Notes under the pieces: model-generated | Told to the model about the DNA's origin: nothing | What the model saw: the letters and a program-made list of their open reading frames with translations, nothing else | The model's database searches: none | Made by a program: the position numbers and the translations under genes | Virus record (IMG/VR): IMGVR_UViG_3300006098_000001 | DNA length: 64,000 nt | From: a virus | Reading direction: 5' to 3' (one strand) | In this document: positions 1 to 6,949 of the stretch, piece by piece | Layout of the letters: each line of letters begins with the position of its first letter | How positions within the stretch are numbered: the first letter of the stretch is position 1

Positions 1-278
1 ATTTCATTCATATCTTCGTCGTAGAATAACGCTTGCCATTTATCGGCGTTTCCTTCAAAATCAACTAGCCAAACAATTGAGTCATGTTCTGCGCTTAATT
101 GATCCAAAAATTCATCGGTTGCATACTTTGTTTCTAAAACCCGAAAAATTTCGTCTAGTTCCGAGTTAGTAATTAAATTTTCTGTACTATTACCAATGCT
201 GTACCAGCCTTCTGTAAGATAGGTAACATTTAATTCATCTAGTCGTGCTAATGCGTCTTTTGCTGTTAAAATTTCCAT
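1..278 (-). CDS. hypothetical acidic early protein; C-terminus runs off the left edge
   Basis: ATG at 278-276 (minus) preceded by AGGAG. My translation (MEILTAKDALARLDELNVTYLTEGWYS...) stays open to position 1. It is missing from the ORF track only because no stop lies in the window. Confidence 0.45.
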   Translation of the reverse strand, partial: MEILTAKDALARLDELNVTYLTEGWYSIGNSTENLITNSELDEIFRVLETKYATDEFLDQLSAEHDSIVWLVDFEGNADKWQALFYDEDMNE

Positions 279-283
279 TTTAT

Positions 284-466
284 TCACTCTCCTAAAATTT
301 CTTTTTCTTTTAACTGTTCTACTTTGTACCCAACATTTTCTAATGCTTCAATTGCCTCGGATAATGTCATTTCTATACCAATTCCAAATGACTCTCCCCA
401 TTTAATTAACTCTTGTTCATTAACTCGTTCACGAAATCCGTCGTGAGTGTCAATTAAAAATCTCAC
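284..466 (-). CDS. small hypothetical protein (track ORF 284..565, probably with a shorter true start)
   Basis: The 5' third of the track ORF overlaps the clamp-like gene. An internal GTG at 466 with GGAGA about 10 nt upstream is the likelier start. Confidence 0.35.
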   Translation of the reverse strand: MRFLIDTHDGFRERVNEQELIKWGESFGIGIEMTLSEAIEALENVGYKVEQLKEKEILGE

Positions 467-491
467 TCTAAAATCATCTCCAAATTTTCTT

Positions 492-1304
492 TTAGTGCAA
501 ACGAATAGGGCAAACCAAACCAAGCCCACCATTTTCTCGTGAAATTGTGAATGGACGGTAAGCATTTTGGTAGAATCTAAATGTTAGATTTTCTCGACTA
601 CTAAGATGTTGTAAACGTTGCTTTAATTTTTTCATGTTGAAATTAATTTCAAACTCACCTTCTACTTCTACATTAGTGACTGCGAGTGGGAACTCTAAAT
701 CTTTTCTCCCATCAAAGTATTCAAGTTTTACTACATTACCTTTTACCAAAAGTGCTCCTACATCAGACTTTTTTACTATTTCTTTCAACACTGGAAAAAT
801 TTCTTTTTGTTGTACATCAAACTTAACGGTTGCATCATTAAGATATGGTGTAACTCGTACTAAATCTGGATAACCAAACACACTTATATTTCCTCGGCTG
901 TCATCAATAAATTCTTCACCACCGCCAACGATTGAAATAATTCCCTTGTACTTTCCATCATTAAATTGAGGGTAAACTCCCAATGTCTTCCCGTATTTCG
1001 TCGGTGTCTTAGATAAATTCTTTGCAAACTTACCATCAATTAAAAATTCTTTACCAACTAACTCAGATGGAATACTTGCTGCCACGTGTGAACGTTCTAA
1101 TACATGGCTATCTGTTGCTTCTAAGATCAAGTTATTTTCTGTAATCCGAACATGAACAAATGTAAGGTTAGGACGATGGTCAGATGGCTTAGCAACAGCA
1201 GTCGCCACTTGACGTAACTTTTGTAAAAATTCTTTTGCGTTTACAAAAATACCGTTATCTTTATTAATAGTTGCTACATTGTTTAATAGTGTTTGTGTAT
1301 TCAT
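492..1304 (-). CDS. DnaN (DNA pol III beta)-like sliding clamp, short 270-aa form
   Basis: LILEATDSHVLER, GYPDLVRVTP and C-terminal GLVCPIRLH resemble the ATDGHRL, FPDYRRVIP and MPMRL signatures of bacterial beta clamps. Length is about two thirds of a canonical clamp. Confidence 0.5.
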   Translation of the reverse strand: MNTQTLLNNVATINKDNGIFVNAKEFLQKLRQVATAVAKPSDHRPNLTFVHVRITENNLILEATDSHVLERSHVAASIPSELVGKEFLIDGKFAKNLSKTPTKYGKTLGVYPQFNDGKYKGIISIVGGGEEFIDDSRGNISVFGYPDLVRVTPYLNDATVKFDVQQKEIFPVLKEIVKKSDVGALLVKGNVVKLEYFDGRKDLEFPLAVTNVEVEGEFEINFNMKKLKQRLQHLSSRENLTFRFYQNAYRPFTISRENGGLGLVCPIRLH

Positions 1305-1368
1305 GATAATTACCTCTTAATAGTGAATTTATTTTTAATAGTGTATTTGTTATGAGAATTTCTTTTGA

Positions 1369-1704
1369 TTAGTACGATAGCGGGTGTTTATACATATCGA
1401 TTGCCTTATCTTTCTTACCAGCCTTCCATGCGTTCATAATTTTTTCACCCATGCAGCTTTCCATGGTATGGAAATAATTGCAACTATAGAAATCAACATT
1501 ACTTTTTTCTTCCTCGGTCAAACTTTCAATTAACGCCTTATGGAATTCCTCGGTTTCACTCAAAGCAATTGCACATTTGGCTTCAATTATCGCTAACGGC
1601 TCGCCTAACTTATAAGCGACGGCTTTCTTCAAATGCAACTTTACTACCCTGTCTAATTCTTTCTTAAATGACTTTTCATCAAAATTTGCATCAAAATAAC
1701 TCAT
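1369..1704 (-). CDS. hypothetical early protein
   Basis: Track ORF in a tightly packed same-strand array; GGAGG upstream of the ATG. Confidence 0.6.
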   Translation of the reverse strand: MSYFDANFDEKSFKKELDRVVKLHLKKAVAYKLGEPLAIIEAKCAIALSETEEFHKALIESLTEEEKSNVDFYSCNYFHTMESCMGEKIMNAWKAGKKDKAIDMYKHPLSY

Positions 1705-1727
1705 TTTCTATTTCCTCCAAAAATTTT

Positions 1728-1922
1728 TTACTGTGATACCTTACAAATTCCACATTCCTGTAATGCTTCATTCAATTCTTCAATGCTTACTGGACTAATT
1801 CCAACACTTTCAATAAATTCCTGAACAGTTTCACCAATATGGTCAATTCCACCTGTAACCGTTGCGTCATCTTTTAATTCAATTCCCAAAGTCTTTTTTG
1901 ATAACATTTCTATTTCCTCCAA
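1728..1922 (-). CDS. hypothetical small acidic early protein
   Basis: Track ORF; GGAGG RBS; same-strand array. Confidence 0.55.
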   Translation of the reverse strand: MEEIEMLSKKTLGIELKDDATVTGGIDHIGETVQEFIESVGISPVSIEELNEALQECGICKVSQ

Positions 1923-1986
1923 TTCATAAATACCGTTATATCAACGTTTCTAGCATCTGAATTTCTTTATAAAATACATATTTTAT

Positions 1987-2256
1987 CTAATCTTCTGCTT
2001 CGCTCAGTAATTCGTTTAGATTAATTCCAAATGTTATCCTTGGTTTCAAAGCATCAATTTCTTGCTCCCAAATTTCGATACTATTATTTAATTCTTGCCC
2101 AAAATCTACTGCGCTATATTCGTTGAATTGTAGATATTGAACTAATAATTTCTTTGCCTTGTCTAACGTGGTTGCTGTAGTAATGTAATCAGTCGGTTCC
2201 TGCCAAAACTCTTGATGATCGACAATAACAACAACATAAACTTTTTTATTTTCCAT
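1987..2256 (-). CDS. hypothetical early protein
   Basis: Track ORF; GGAGG RBS. Confidence 0.6.
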   Translation of the reverse strand: MENKKVYVVVIVDHQEFWQEPTDYITTATTLDKAKKLLVQYLQFNEYSAVDFGQELNNSIEIWEQEIDALKPRITFGINLNELLSEAED

Positions 2257-2282
2257 CTTTATTTCCTCCGTTTATCTAATTT

Positions 2283-2555
2283 TTAATATTGGGCACCAAT
2301 CAACCACCATTTACTTCCGGGCAAATCTTCATCATCTCGCCAATTTTCTGACTGGCTATCAATAAATGAACGATAATCACTATCGTTTTCATATTGTTCC
2401 TGATCCACTTCCTCACAACCAATTGCTCCATATTCATACCCTAAATAACCAGCATTTACGATTTTGGTTGCTAATTCTTCGTCACCACTAACTTCCCACT
2501 GTACCAACCAATCGAATAAGGCTTTCTGGGTTTTCGTCCAAATTGATTTACTCAT
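2283..2555 (-). CDS. hypothetical acidic early protein
   Basis: Track ORF; GGAGG RBS. Confidence 0.6.
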   Translation of the reverse strand: MSKSIWTKTQKALFDWLVQWEVSGDEELATKIVNAGYLGYEYGAIGCEEVDQEQYENDSDYRSFIDSQSENWRDDEDLPGSKWWLIGAQY

Positions 2556-2682
2556 CTTAATTTCCTCCGTTTATTGAAAAATTCTTTTCGTATCTACCAA
2601 ATAGGAAAAACATATTTTTCTTTAACAATAGTTGTTTGACTAACTGGCATTCCTCCTGCAATACCAACTAATTCATGCTTTT

Positions 2683-2883
2683 CTACACTTTCACCATCTT
2701 CAAGTGGATAAAAGACTCAATCATTTCGTTTTCATCATAGAAACCTTCAAGCTCATTGCCGAACCAATCGCAAACACTGAAATACCAAGACTTACGAATT
2801 AGCTCACCATCAAAGTAGTCGTCTGGCTTAATCCATTTGAAAGTAACTGGATAGTTTTCTCGGCGATAGTGTAATTTCTTCAT
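2683..2883 (-). CDS. hypothetical early protein
   Basis: Track ORF; GAGGAG RBS. Confidence 0.55.
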   Translation of the reverse strand: MKKLHYRRENYPVTFKWIKPDDYFDGELIRKSWYFSVCDWFGNELEGFYDENEMIESFIHLKMVKV

Positions 2884-2910
2884 GATTATTTTCTCCTCAA
2901 TAATTTTTTC

Positions 2911-3135
2911 TTAGTGTTCGATACGTAGGCACCACCAGTAGTTATCAACTACCGCTTGATTGATTACGTCATACTCCCACAACTTGTTGAATGTAAAAAC
3001 TGCGATTGCGTCATTACATAAGCTCGCAATTCTAATACCCTTTTTGTCAGCTTTCGTTAAGACAAGTTCGATAAACTTATCAAGTTTCTTCTGGCTCGCT
3101 TTTGTCTTAAATTCATTCATTTTTATTTCCTCCAA
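2911..3135 (-). CDS. hypothetical early protein
   Basis: Track ORF; GGAGG RBS. Confidence 0.55.
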   Translation of the reverse strand: MEEIKMNEFKTKASQKKLDKFIELVLTKADKKGIRIASLCNDAIAVFTFNKLWEYDVINQAVVDNYWWCLRIEH

Positions 3136-3162
3136 GTGGTTAATTTATTTTCTGTTCAGTAA

Positions 3163-3510
3163 TTAATAGTGATAATTTCTTTTATTCTTAACGTTGACCA
3201 ATTCAATACCATCAGCACCTTCACCTTGTTGACCCACAATTTTTTGTGATTTATCAGTAGGAACAACAACGAGGTTGTAGTCACCATTGCCTTGGTCGTG
3301 GTACTCAACCTCGAAATTCTGAGTTTTAATAGTGTCGTCATTCTTGAGCGATAAATTTTTCTGTTTGTGACCAATAGTCTTACTAATAATTTTTGCCTCA
3401 CTGTGCATTGTGATTGCGTTTGAGTTGGCTTCATGCTTTGACATAATCCAGCCGGTAACGCTTACGATAGTTGTTAGGGTTAATACGATTAGTGCAATAT
3501 TTTTCTTCAT
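3163..3510 (-). CDS. secreted or membrane-anchored protein (N-terminal signal/anchor MKKNIALIVLTLTTIVSVTGW)
   Basis: Track ORF; GGAGG RBS; hydrophobic N-terminus. The overlapping ORF 3156..3434 in another frame has no RBS. Confidence 0.6.
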   Translation of the reverse strand: MKKNIALIVLTLTTIVSVTGWIMSKHEANSNAITMHSEAKIISKTIGHKQKNLSLKNDDTIKTQNFEVEYHDQGNGDYNLVVVPTDKSQKIVGQQGEGADGIELVNVKNKRNYHY

Positions 3511-3550
3511 GGTTATTTATCCTCCGAGTGGTTGTATTGTGTGGTTGTGG

Positions 3551-3907
3551 TTAGTCTTCTAATTCTTCGATAGCATCATCAATCGCTTGACTTAATACAT
3601 AGCAACGCAAGGAAACATCAATTGATTCATAGCAATCATCAAGCCACCATTCAGCAGTTTTTTGACGGTCCATAAACCCTTCATCAATTGCTTCGCGGAT
3701 TAAGTCCTTGTTATCATCAACGTATTCCTTGGCTTTGTTGGCGTTGAAAGTATATGATCCTGAGCCATTACCAGTTACAGAATCTTCGATCCAAAGTTGT
3801 TCGTTGAGTTCTTCACGATCAACCTCGTTGACATTGATTTCGTTGTCCTTGATGAAGTCGATTACATCGTTCTTAACATTTTCAAAGTAGTCATATTGTT
3901 GTGTCAT
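3551..3907 (-). CDS. hypothetical strongly acidic early protein
   Basis: Track ORF; GAGGGG RBS; very acidic composition, as is often seen in host-takeover or anti-restriction-type proteins (function not assigned). Confidence 0.6.
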   Translation of the reverse strand: MTQQYDYFENVKNDVIDFIKDNEINVNEVDREELNEQLWIEDSVTGNGSGSYTFNANKAKEYVDDNKDLIREAIDEGFMDRQKTAEWWLDDCYESIDVSLRCYVLSQAIDDAIEELED

Positions 3908-3970
3908 GATATTTACCCCTCAATTAATATATTTTAGTATTTTTGTTGTGATTAATAGTGTAAGATTACA

Positions 3971-4183
3971 TTAGTTTAGCAAGTTCGTCAATAGTACCCG
4001 TAGAAGTGGTAAGGTCACTGCAATAACAATAACTGTAATGAATACAGCTAAAATACTGTACTTCTTGAACCTGATTAGCCTTTCGCTATCTCGTTCTAAC
4101 TGCTTAATGTATTCAGGATCAACCAACTTGTAATCCTGTTCAGCGTATTTCTGTAGTTCCTTTTGTGACATCATAATTATCAA
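3971..4183 (-). CDS. small protein with C-terminal transmembrane helix
   Basis: Track ORF; hydrophobic SILAVFITVIVIAVTLPLL segment. Start is ambiguous (TTG 4183 or ATG 4174). First gene downstream of the long leader. Confidence 0.55.
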   Translation of the reverse strand: MIIMMSQKELQKYAEQDYKLVDPEYIKQLERDSERLIRFKKYSILAVFITVIVIAVTLPLLRVLLTNLLN

Positions 4184-4189
4184 AACCTT

Positions 4190-4790
4190 TCTAATTTGCT
4201 TCAGCGGTTATTATTAATCGCTTTATATAGAGTCTTATCGTGTTGATAAGGCTCTCTAAAAACAATTAATAGTGTCTTTTTCACTTTCACAGGCTTAAAC
4301 CAAGGAATATTAGCAAGTCCCTGCTGGTAGTATCACGGTGCCTTTATCTACTATTGATTAGGCGGTTGACGTGGAATCACCTACCCCTACCGTACCGGGT
4401 TATTTACCAACTTTTGATATTGCGGAGTTGTTCTCAGTTCTACTGAAAGATTGAACCGCCGTTATTTTGTTTTCAAAGTTCAGCATATGTTGGTTTGAAA
4501 GTGATTGAGTATGCTCTCGCTCACACTGTCCGCCACCTTAACTTTTAGCTTGAATACAGTTATGGCTTTATCCTGCCCTAGGTGATATATGGAATCCTAC
4601 ACCCTTGCGGTTTATCAAGTTATTATGTTAAGCCTGTTCAGCCCGTTGACTTTTGCGACTTGTTAACGTTTTTTGAATTGGTAACTTTCCAATTAGTTTG
4701 AACAATTTTATATAACATCGTAAGTTATATAAGGATAACCTTTTATTTCTTAATCGCTTCAAGGCTTGCGATTGCCTGCTCCTTTATCGT
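4190..4790 (-). ncRNA. about 600-nt GC-enriched untranslated leader / candidate large structured RNA
   Basis: No ORF of 60 aa or more in any frame between 4184 and 5192. Visibly higher GC than flanks. Lies directly downstream of four consensus minus-strand promoters. Many local hairpins (AATCGC/GCGATT, AATTGG/CCAATT, a GCAA-loop hairpin, an 11-bp AGAGCCTTATC/GATAAGACTCT stem) and possible long-range pairs (GGCGGTT 4362 with AACCGCC 4453). Confidence 0.3.
4709..4731. promoter_or_regulatory. operator-type palindrome TATAAC-N7-GTTATA without promoter hexamers
   Basis: Same half-sites as the operators embedded in the four upstream promoters. It lies inside the leader, so it may act as a roadblock. 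Confidence 0.45.
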
Positions 4791-4796
4791 GTCTTT

Positions 4797-4825
4797 ATTA
4801 TAACTTCCGATGTTATAATTGTCAA
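4797..4825 (-). promoter_or_regulatory. consensus sigma-A promoter P1 with embedded operator
   Basis: Minus strand reads TTGACA-17 nt-TATAAT. The palindrome TTATAAC-TTCCGAT-GTTATAA (4798-4818) fills the spacer and overlaps the -10. Confidence 0.65.
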
Positions 4826-4921
4826 GACTTAATTTTTTGAATTGTAGCGGTTGACCTTGAAGTCAAAGTTAGATACTCAAGTGAACTCACTTTCAATCCA
4901 TTTATTAAGTTTGTGCTTTTT

Positions 4922-4951
4922 ATTATAACTTCGTAAGTTATAAATTGTCAA
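4922..4951 (-). promoter_or_regulatory. consensus promoter P2 with embedded operator
   Basis: Minus strand TTGACA-18 nt-TATAAT; operator TTATAAC-N7-GTTATAA at 4923-4943. Confidence 0.65.
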
Positions 4952-5037
4952 GAAGTAAATTTGATTAATTTTTAATCACCTAGGCTAGTTCGATGACTGC
5001 TCTTTATTGTGATTGTCCTAATCAACTTTACGGCTTT

Positions 5038-5066
5038 ATTATAACTTCCGATGTTATAAATGTCAA
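5038..5066 (-). promoter_or_regulatory. consensus promoter P3 with embedded operator
   Basis: Minus strand TTGACA-17 nt-TATAAT; operator at 5039-5059. Confidence 0.65.
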
Positions 5067-5128
5067 TACCTTTTTCAAATTATTTTTGATACCTGGTATT
5101 TATTGCCGTTGTCCTTTTGACGATTCCA

Positions 5129-5156
5129 ATTATAACATCGCAAGTTATAAAGTCAA
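5129..5156 (-). promoter_or_regulatory. promoter P4 with embedded operator
   Basis: Minus strand TTGACT-16 nt-TATAAT; operator TTATAAC-ATCGCAA-GTTATAA at 5130-5150. Confidence 0.6.
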
Positions 5157-5164
5157 CTATTTTT

Positions 5165-5200
5165 TGTAAAAAAATAAGAGTAGTTATAATAACTACTCTT
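5165..5200 (-). terminator. rho-independent terminator of gene 5193..5423
   Basis: Perfect 10-bp stem AAGAGTAGTT/AACTACTCTT followed on the minus strand by ATTTTTTT. Confidence 0.65.
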
Positions 5201-5423
5201 GTAATTCTTTTAGGCGCTTATCTAATTCAATTTTAAACTCTTTCAAATCACTGATATAAGTATCTCTTATATCTATATTAGATTTTATTAATTGATATAA
5301 TCTTGTTTTAGATGATGGGCGAATAAAGCCCCCCGCCTCACTCTTACGCTTCCAATAGTAAGCTTTATCTGGATTAGCTTTTTCATAATTCTTTTTTGCT
5401 TGTTTTTGTGCTTCACTAACCAA
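5193..5423 (-). CDS. small basic protein, candidate operator-binding regulator (paralog of 6701..6898)
   Basis: Track ORF; AGGAGG RBS. Its own promoter carries a sixth copy of the operator. It shares the KxYxE...KKSxAxxF...RLKEL pattern with 6701..6898. Confidence 0.5.
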   Translation of the reverse strand: MVSEAQKQAKKNYEKANPDKAYYWKRKSEAGGFIRPSSKTRLYQLIKSNIDIRDTYISDLKEFKIELDKRLKELQE

Positions 5424-5445
5424 GACTTCACCTCCTTTTTACTTT

Positions 5446-5477
5446 ATAACATGGTAAGTTATAAGTATTATACCATA
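5446..5477 (-). promoter_or_regulatory. extended -10 promoter (TGGTATAAT) plus operator over the transcription start
   Basis: Minus strand TGGTATAAT at 5477-5469. TTATAAC-ATGGTAA-GTTATAA at 5446-5466 lies just downstream of the -10. Confidence 0.5.
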
Positions 5478-5508
5478 CTCAACAGAAATAAAACTACACA
5501 ATCAGTAA

Positions 5509-5537
5509 TTGACTATTACAATACTTAAGTTTAAAAT
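5509..5537 (+). promoter_or_regulatory. promoter of micro-ORF 5570..5668
   Basis: TTGACT-17 nt-TAAAAT. Confidence 0.55.
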
Positions 5538-5569
5538 TGTTATATCTCCTTGAGTAAGGAGGTGACAAC

Positions 5570-5668
5570 ATGAAACATAATGAAAAAGAAAAGAAACAAC
5601 CCTATAAGGCTTTTTACTTTGAGTGTAGCCTAATAAAGTTATTTCTTAAAATCATCATTATAAAGTAG
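5570..5668 (+). CDS. 32-aa peptide MKHNEKEKKQPYKAFYFECSLIKLFLKIIIIK (toxin-like micro-ORF)
   Basis: Strong RBS AAGGAGGTG, own promoter and terminator. A clear paralog lies on the opposite strand at 5863..5958. Below the track's length cutoff. Confidence 0.45.
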   Translation: MKHNEKEKKQPYKAFYFECSLIKLFLKIIIIK

Positions 5669-5678
5669 TGTAATCACT

Positions 5679-5723
5679 TCCCTGAGTTGTTGTGTGACGG
5701 CTCAACCCAGGGAGATTTTTATT
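5679..5723 (+). terminator. terminator of micro-ORF 5570..5668
   Basis: 11-bp stem TCCCTGAGTTG/CAACCCAGGGA (one mismatch) followed by a T run. Confidence 0.5.
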
Positions 5724-5731
5724 ACAATTAC

Positions 5732-5740
5732 ATTATATCA
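5732..5740 (-). promoter_or_regulatory. extended -10 (TGaTATAAT) for an antisense RNA covering the 3' end of 5570..5668
   Basis: Minus strand reads TGATATAAT immediately beyond the terminator, pointing back into the micro-ORF. Confidence 0.4.
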
Positions 5741-5766
5741 CAATTTATTGTGGTATTATATATTTG

Positions 5767-5795
5767 TTGATATGATATTACTAGATTGTTATAAT
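5767..5795 (+). promoter_or_regulatory. strong promoter for an antisense RNA covering the 3' end of 5863..5958
   Basis: TTGATA-17 nt-TATAAT with TG extension at 5787-5788. Confidence 0.6.
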
Positions 5796-5801
5796 ATAGA
5801 T

Positions 5802-5848
5802 ACAAGAAAACCCCTAAAGGTTGTTAACTTGTCCGTTAACCTTTAGGG
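5802..5848 (-). terminator. terminator of micro-ORF 5863..5958
   Basis: Long hairpin CCCCTAAAGGTTGTTAAC/GTTAACCTTTAGGG followed on the minus strand by TTTTCTTG. There is no T run on the plus strand, so the plus-strand antisense RNA can read through. Confidence 0.5.
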
Positions 5849-5862
5849 CGGTGAGTTATTCA

Positions 5863-5958
5863 CTACTTAATAATAAAGAATTTAAAGAATAATCTTAAAA
5901 GGCTGAACTCGCAATATACAACCTTAAAAGATTGTTCTTTTTTCTTTTTATTGTTCAT
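5863..5958 (-). CDS. 31-aa peptide MNNKKKKEQSFKVVYCEFSLLRLFFKFFIIK (paralog of 5570..5668)
   Basis: Hand translation checked base by base; RBS AGGGGGTGGG upstream of the ATG at 5958; alignable along its full length with the other peptide. Confidence 0.45.
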   Translation of the reverse strand: MNNKKKKEQSFKVVYCEFSLLRLFFKFFIIK

Positions 5959-6242
5959 GTTCCCACCCCCTTTCCTTAAGGGGTTAAAATAATTTAAACA
6001 TCGTTATTTCTGAAAGTCAATAATTGAAAAAGAAAAAGCCAAAACGCAAAAGTAAAAAACGTTAAGGCTTAAAGGCTTAAAAGCTTACATATTGAGGGAA
6101 CGTGGCGCCGTTCCCTTTTTGTATAATTATCATATCATACTTACAACCCTAACAGAATAGAAAAATAACACCCCTTTATTTTTCTATATAAGGAAGAAAA
6201 AACATAATAAAAAAACGATAAAGAAAAAAATAAATATACATG

Positions 6243-6273
6243 TTGACAACATGAAGAATTGTGTTATTATAAT
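6243..6273 (+). promoter_or_regulatory. strong promoter
   Basis: TTGACA-16 nt-TATTAT with TG extension (alternatively TATAAT at 6268). Confidence 0.55.
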
Positions 6274-6345
6274 ATACGTAAGCTATTAATATAGTTTACA
6301 AGGCGACACACTAACAACAAATAATAAAGGTTTGAGGTGGTCAAA

Positions 6346-6486
6346 TTGTATTCTATATTGTTGCATGCTGCAACCTTGTTTAGTTTGGTAAGTGGTGGAA
6401 TTCTGGCGATAGTAACATCAATCGAAAAAGTTCTTATCATAAAAGAAAAAGCCCACAAGTCAGATAAGGACAAGGGGCAAAAATAA
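6346..6486 (+). CDS. 46-aa small membrane protein (MYSILLHAATLFSLVSGGILAIVTSIEKV...)
   Basis: TTG start 5 nt after GAGGTGG; consensus promoter upstream; clean terminator downstream; one predicted TM helix. It competes with the unsupported track ORF 6267..6473 (minus). Confidence 0.45.
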   Translation: MYSILLHAATLFSLVSGGILAIVTSIEKVLIIKEKAHKSDKDKGQK

Positions 6487-6505
6487 CTTACATTTATGAA
6501 TATTT

Positions 6506-6533
6506 GGGAAGTGTTGCGACCACTTCCCTTTTT
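6506..6533 (+). terminator. rho-independent terminator
   Basis: GGGAAGTG/CACTTCCC stem followed by TTTTT. Confidence 0.65.
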
Positions 6534-6573
6534 CTACAGTGTTATAATAACATAATAAAAAGGGTGTGACAAT

Positions 6574-6681
6574 ATGAAATGGATCATATTAATTGGTCTA
6601 TATCTTTTCGGGTTTGTTTGTCTAACGGTTGCGATCAAAAAGGCGAGAAAAATATATAATACTTTAAAGCATAATAAATAA
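6574..6681 (+). CDS. 35-aa hydrophobic peptide MKWIILIGLYLFGFVCLTVAIKKARKIYNTLKHNK
   Basis: ATG-initiated micro-ORF with one TM-like segment and a basic tail; weak RBS (AGGGTG). Confidence 0.35.
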   Translation: MKWIILIGLYLFGFVCLTVAIKKARKIYNTLKHNK

Positions 6682-6700
6682 TTAAAATAAATATAGAATT

Positions 6701-6898
6701 ATGGAAAACAAACAAAACAAAACAAGTAAAGCAAAATTACAAGCAAATAAACGCTATCAAGAAAGACATAAAAAAGAAGTTTATCGCAATCAGAAAAAAT
6801 CTAGGGCGAAAAATTTTCTATTGAATGATGCAAGGATTGACGAACTAGAATTTTTTTCTGAATTAATTTCTGAAAGATTGAAAGAATTAAAAAAATAA
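6701..6898 (+). CDS. small basic protein, paralog of 5193..5423
   Basis: Track ORF; the shared KRYQE...KKSRAKNF...RLKEL pattern aligns with the other protein. Confidence 0.55.
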   Translation: MENKQNKTSKAKLQANKRYQERHKKEVYRNQKKSRAKNFLLNDARIDELEFFSELISERLKELKK

Positions 6899-6949
6899 TA
6901 ATAGTAATTAGGGTAATGCGTTAGTGTTTAGCGTGTTGCCCTTTTGCAT

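Noticed and set aside
3156-3434. 92-aa ORF overlapping 3163..3510 in another frame
   Set aside because: It has no RBS, and the alternative frame has a GGAGG RBS and a signal-peptide-like N-terminus.
6267-6473. 68-aa minus-strand ORF
   Set aside because: It overlaps a consensus plus-strand promoter, an RBS-preceded 46-aa plus-strand ORF and its terminator. It has no RBS or promoter of its own.
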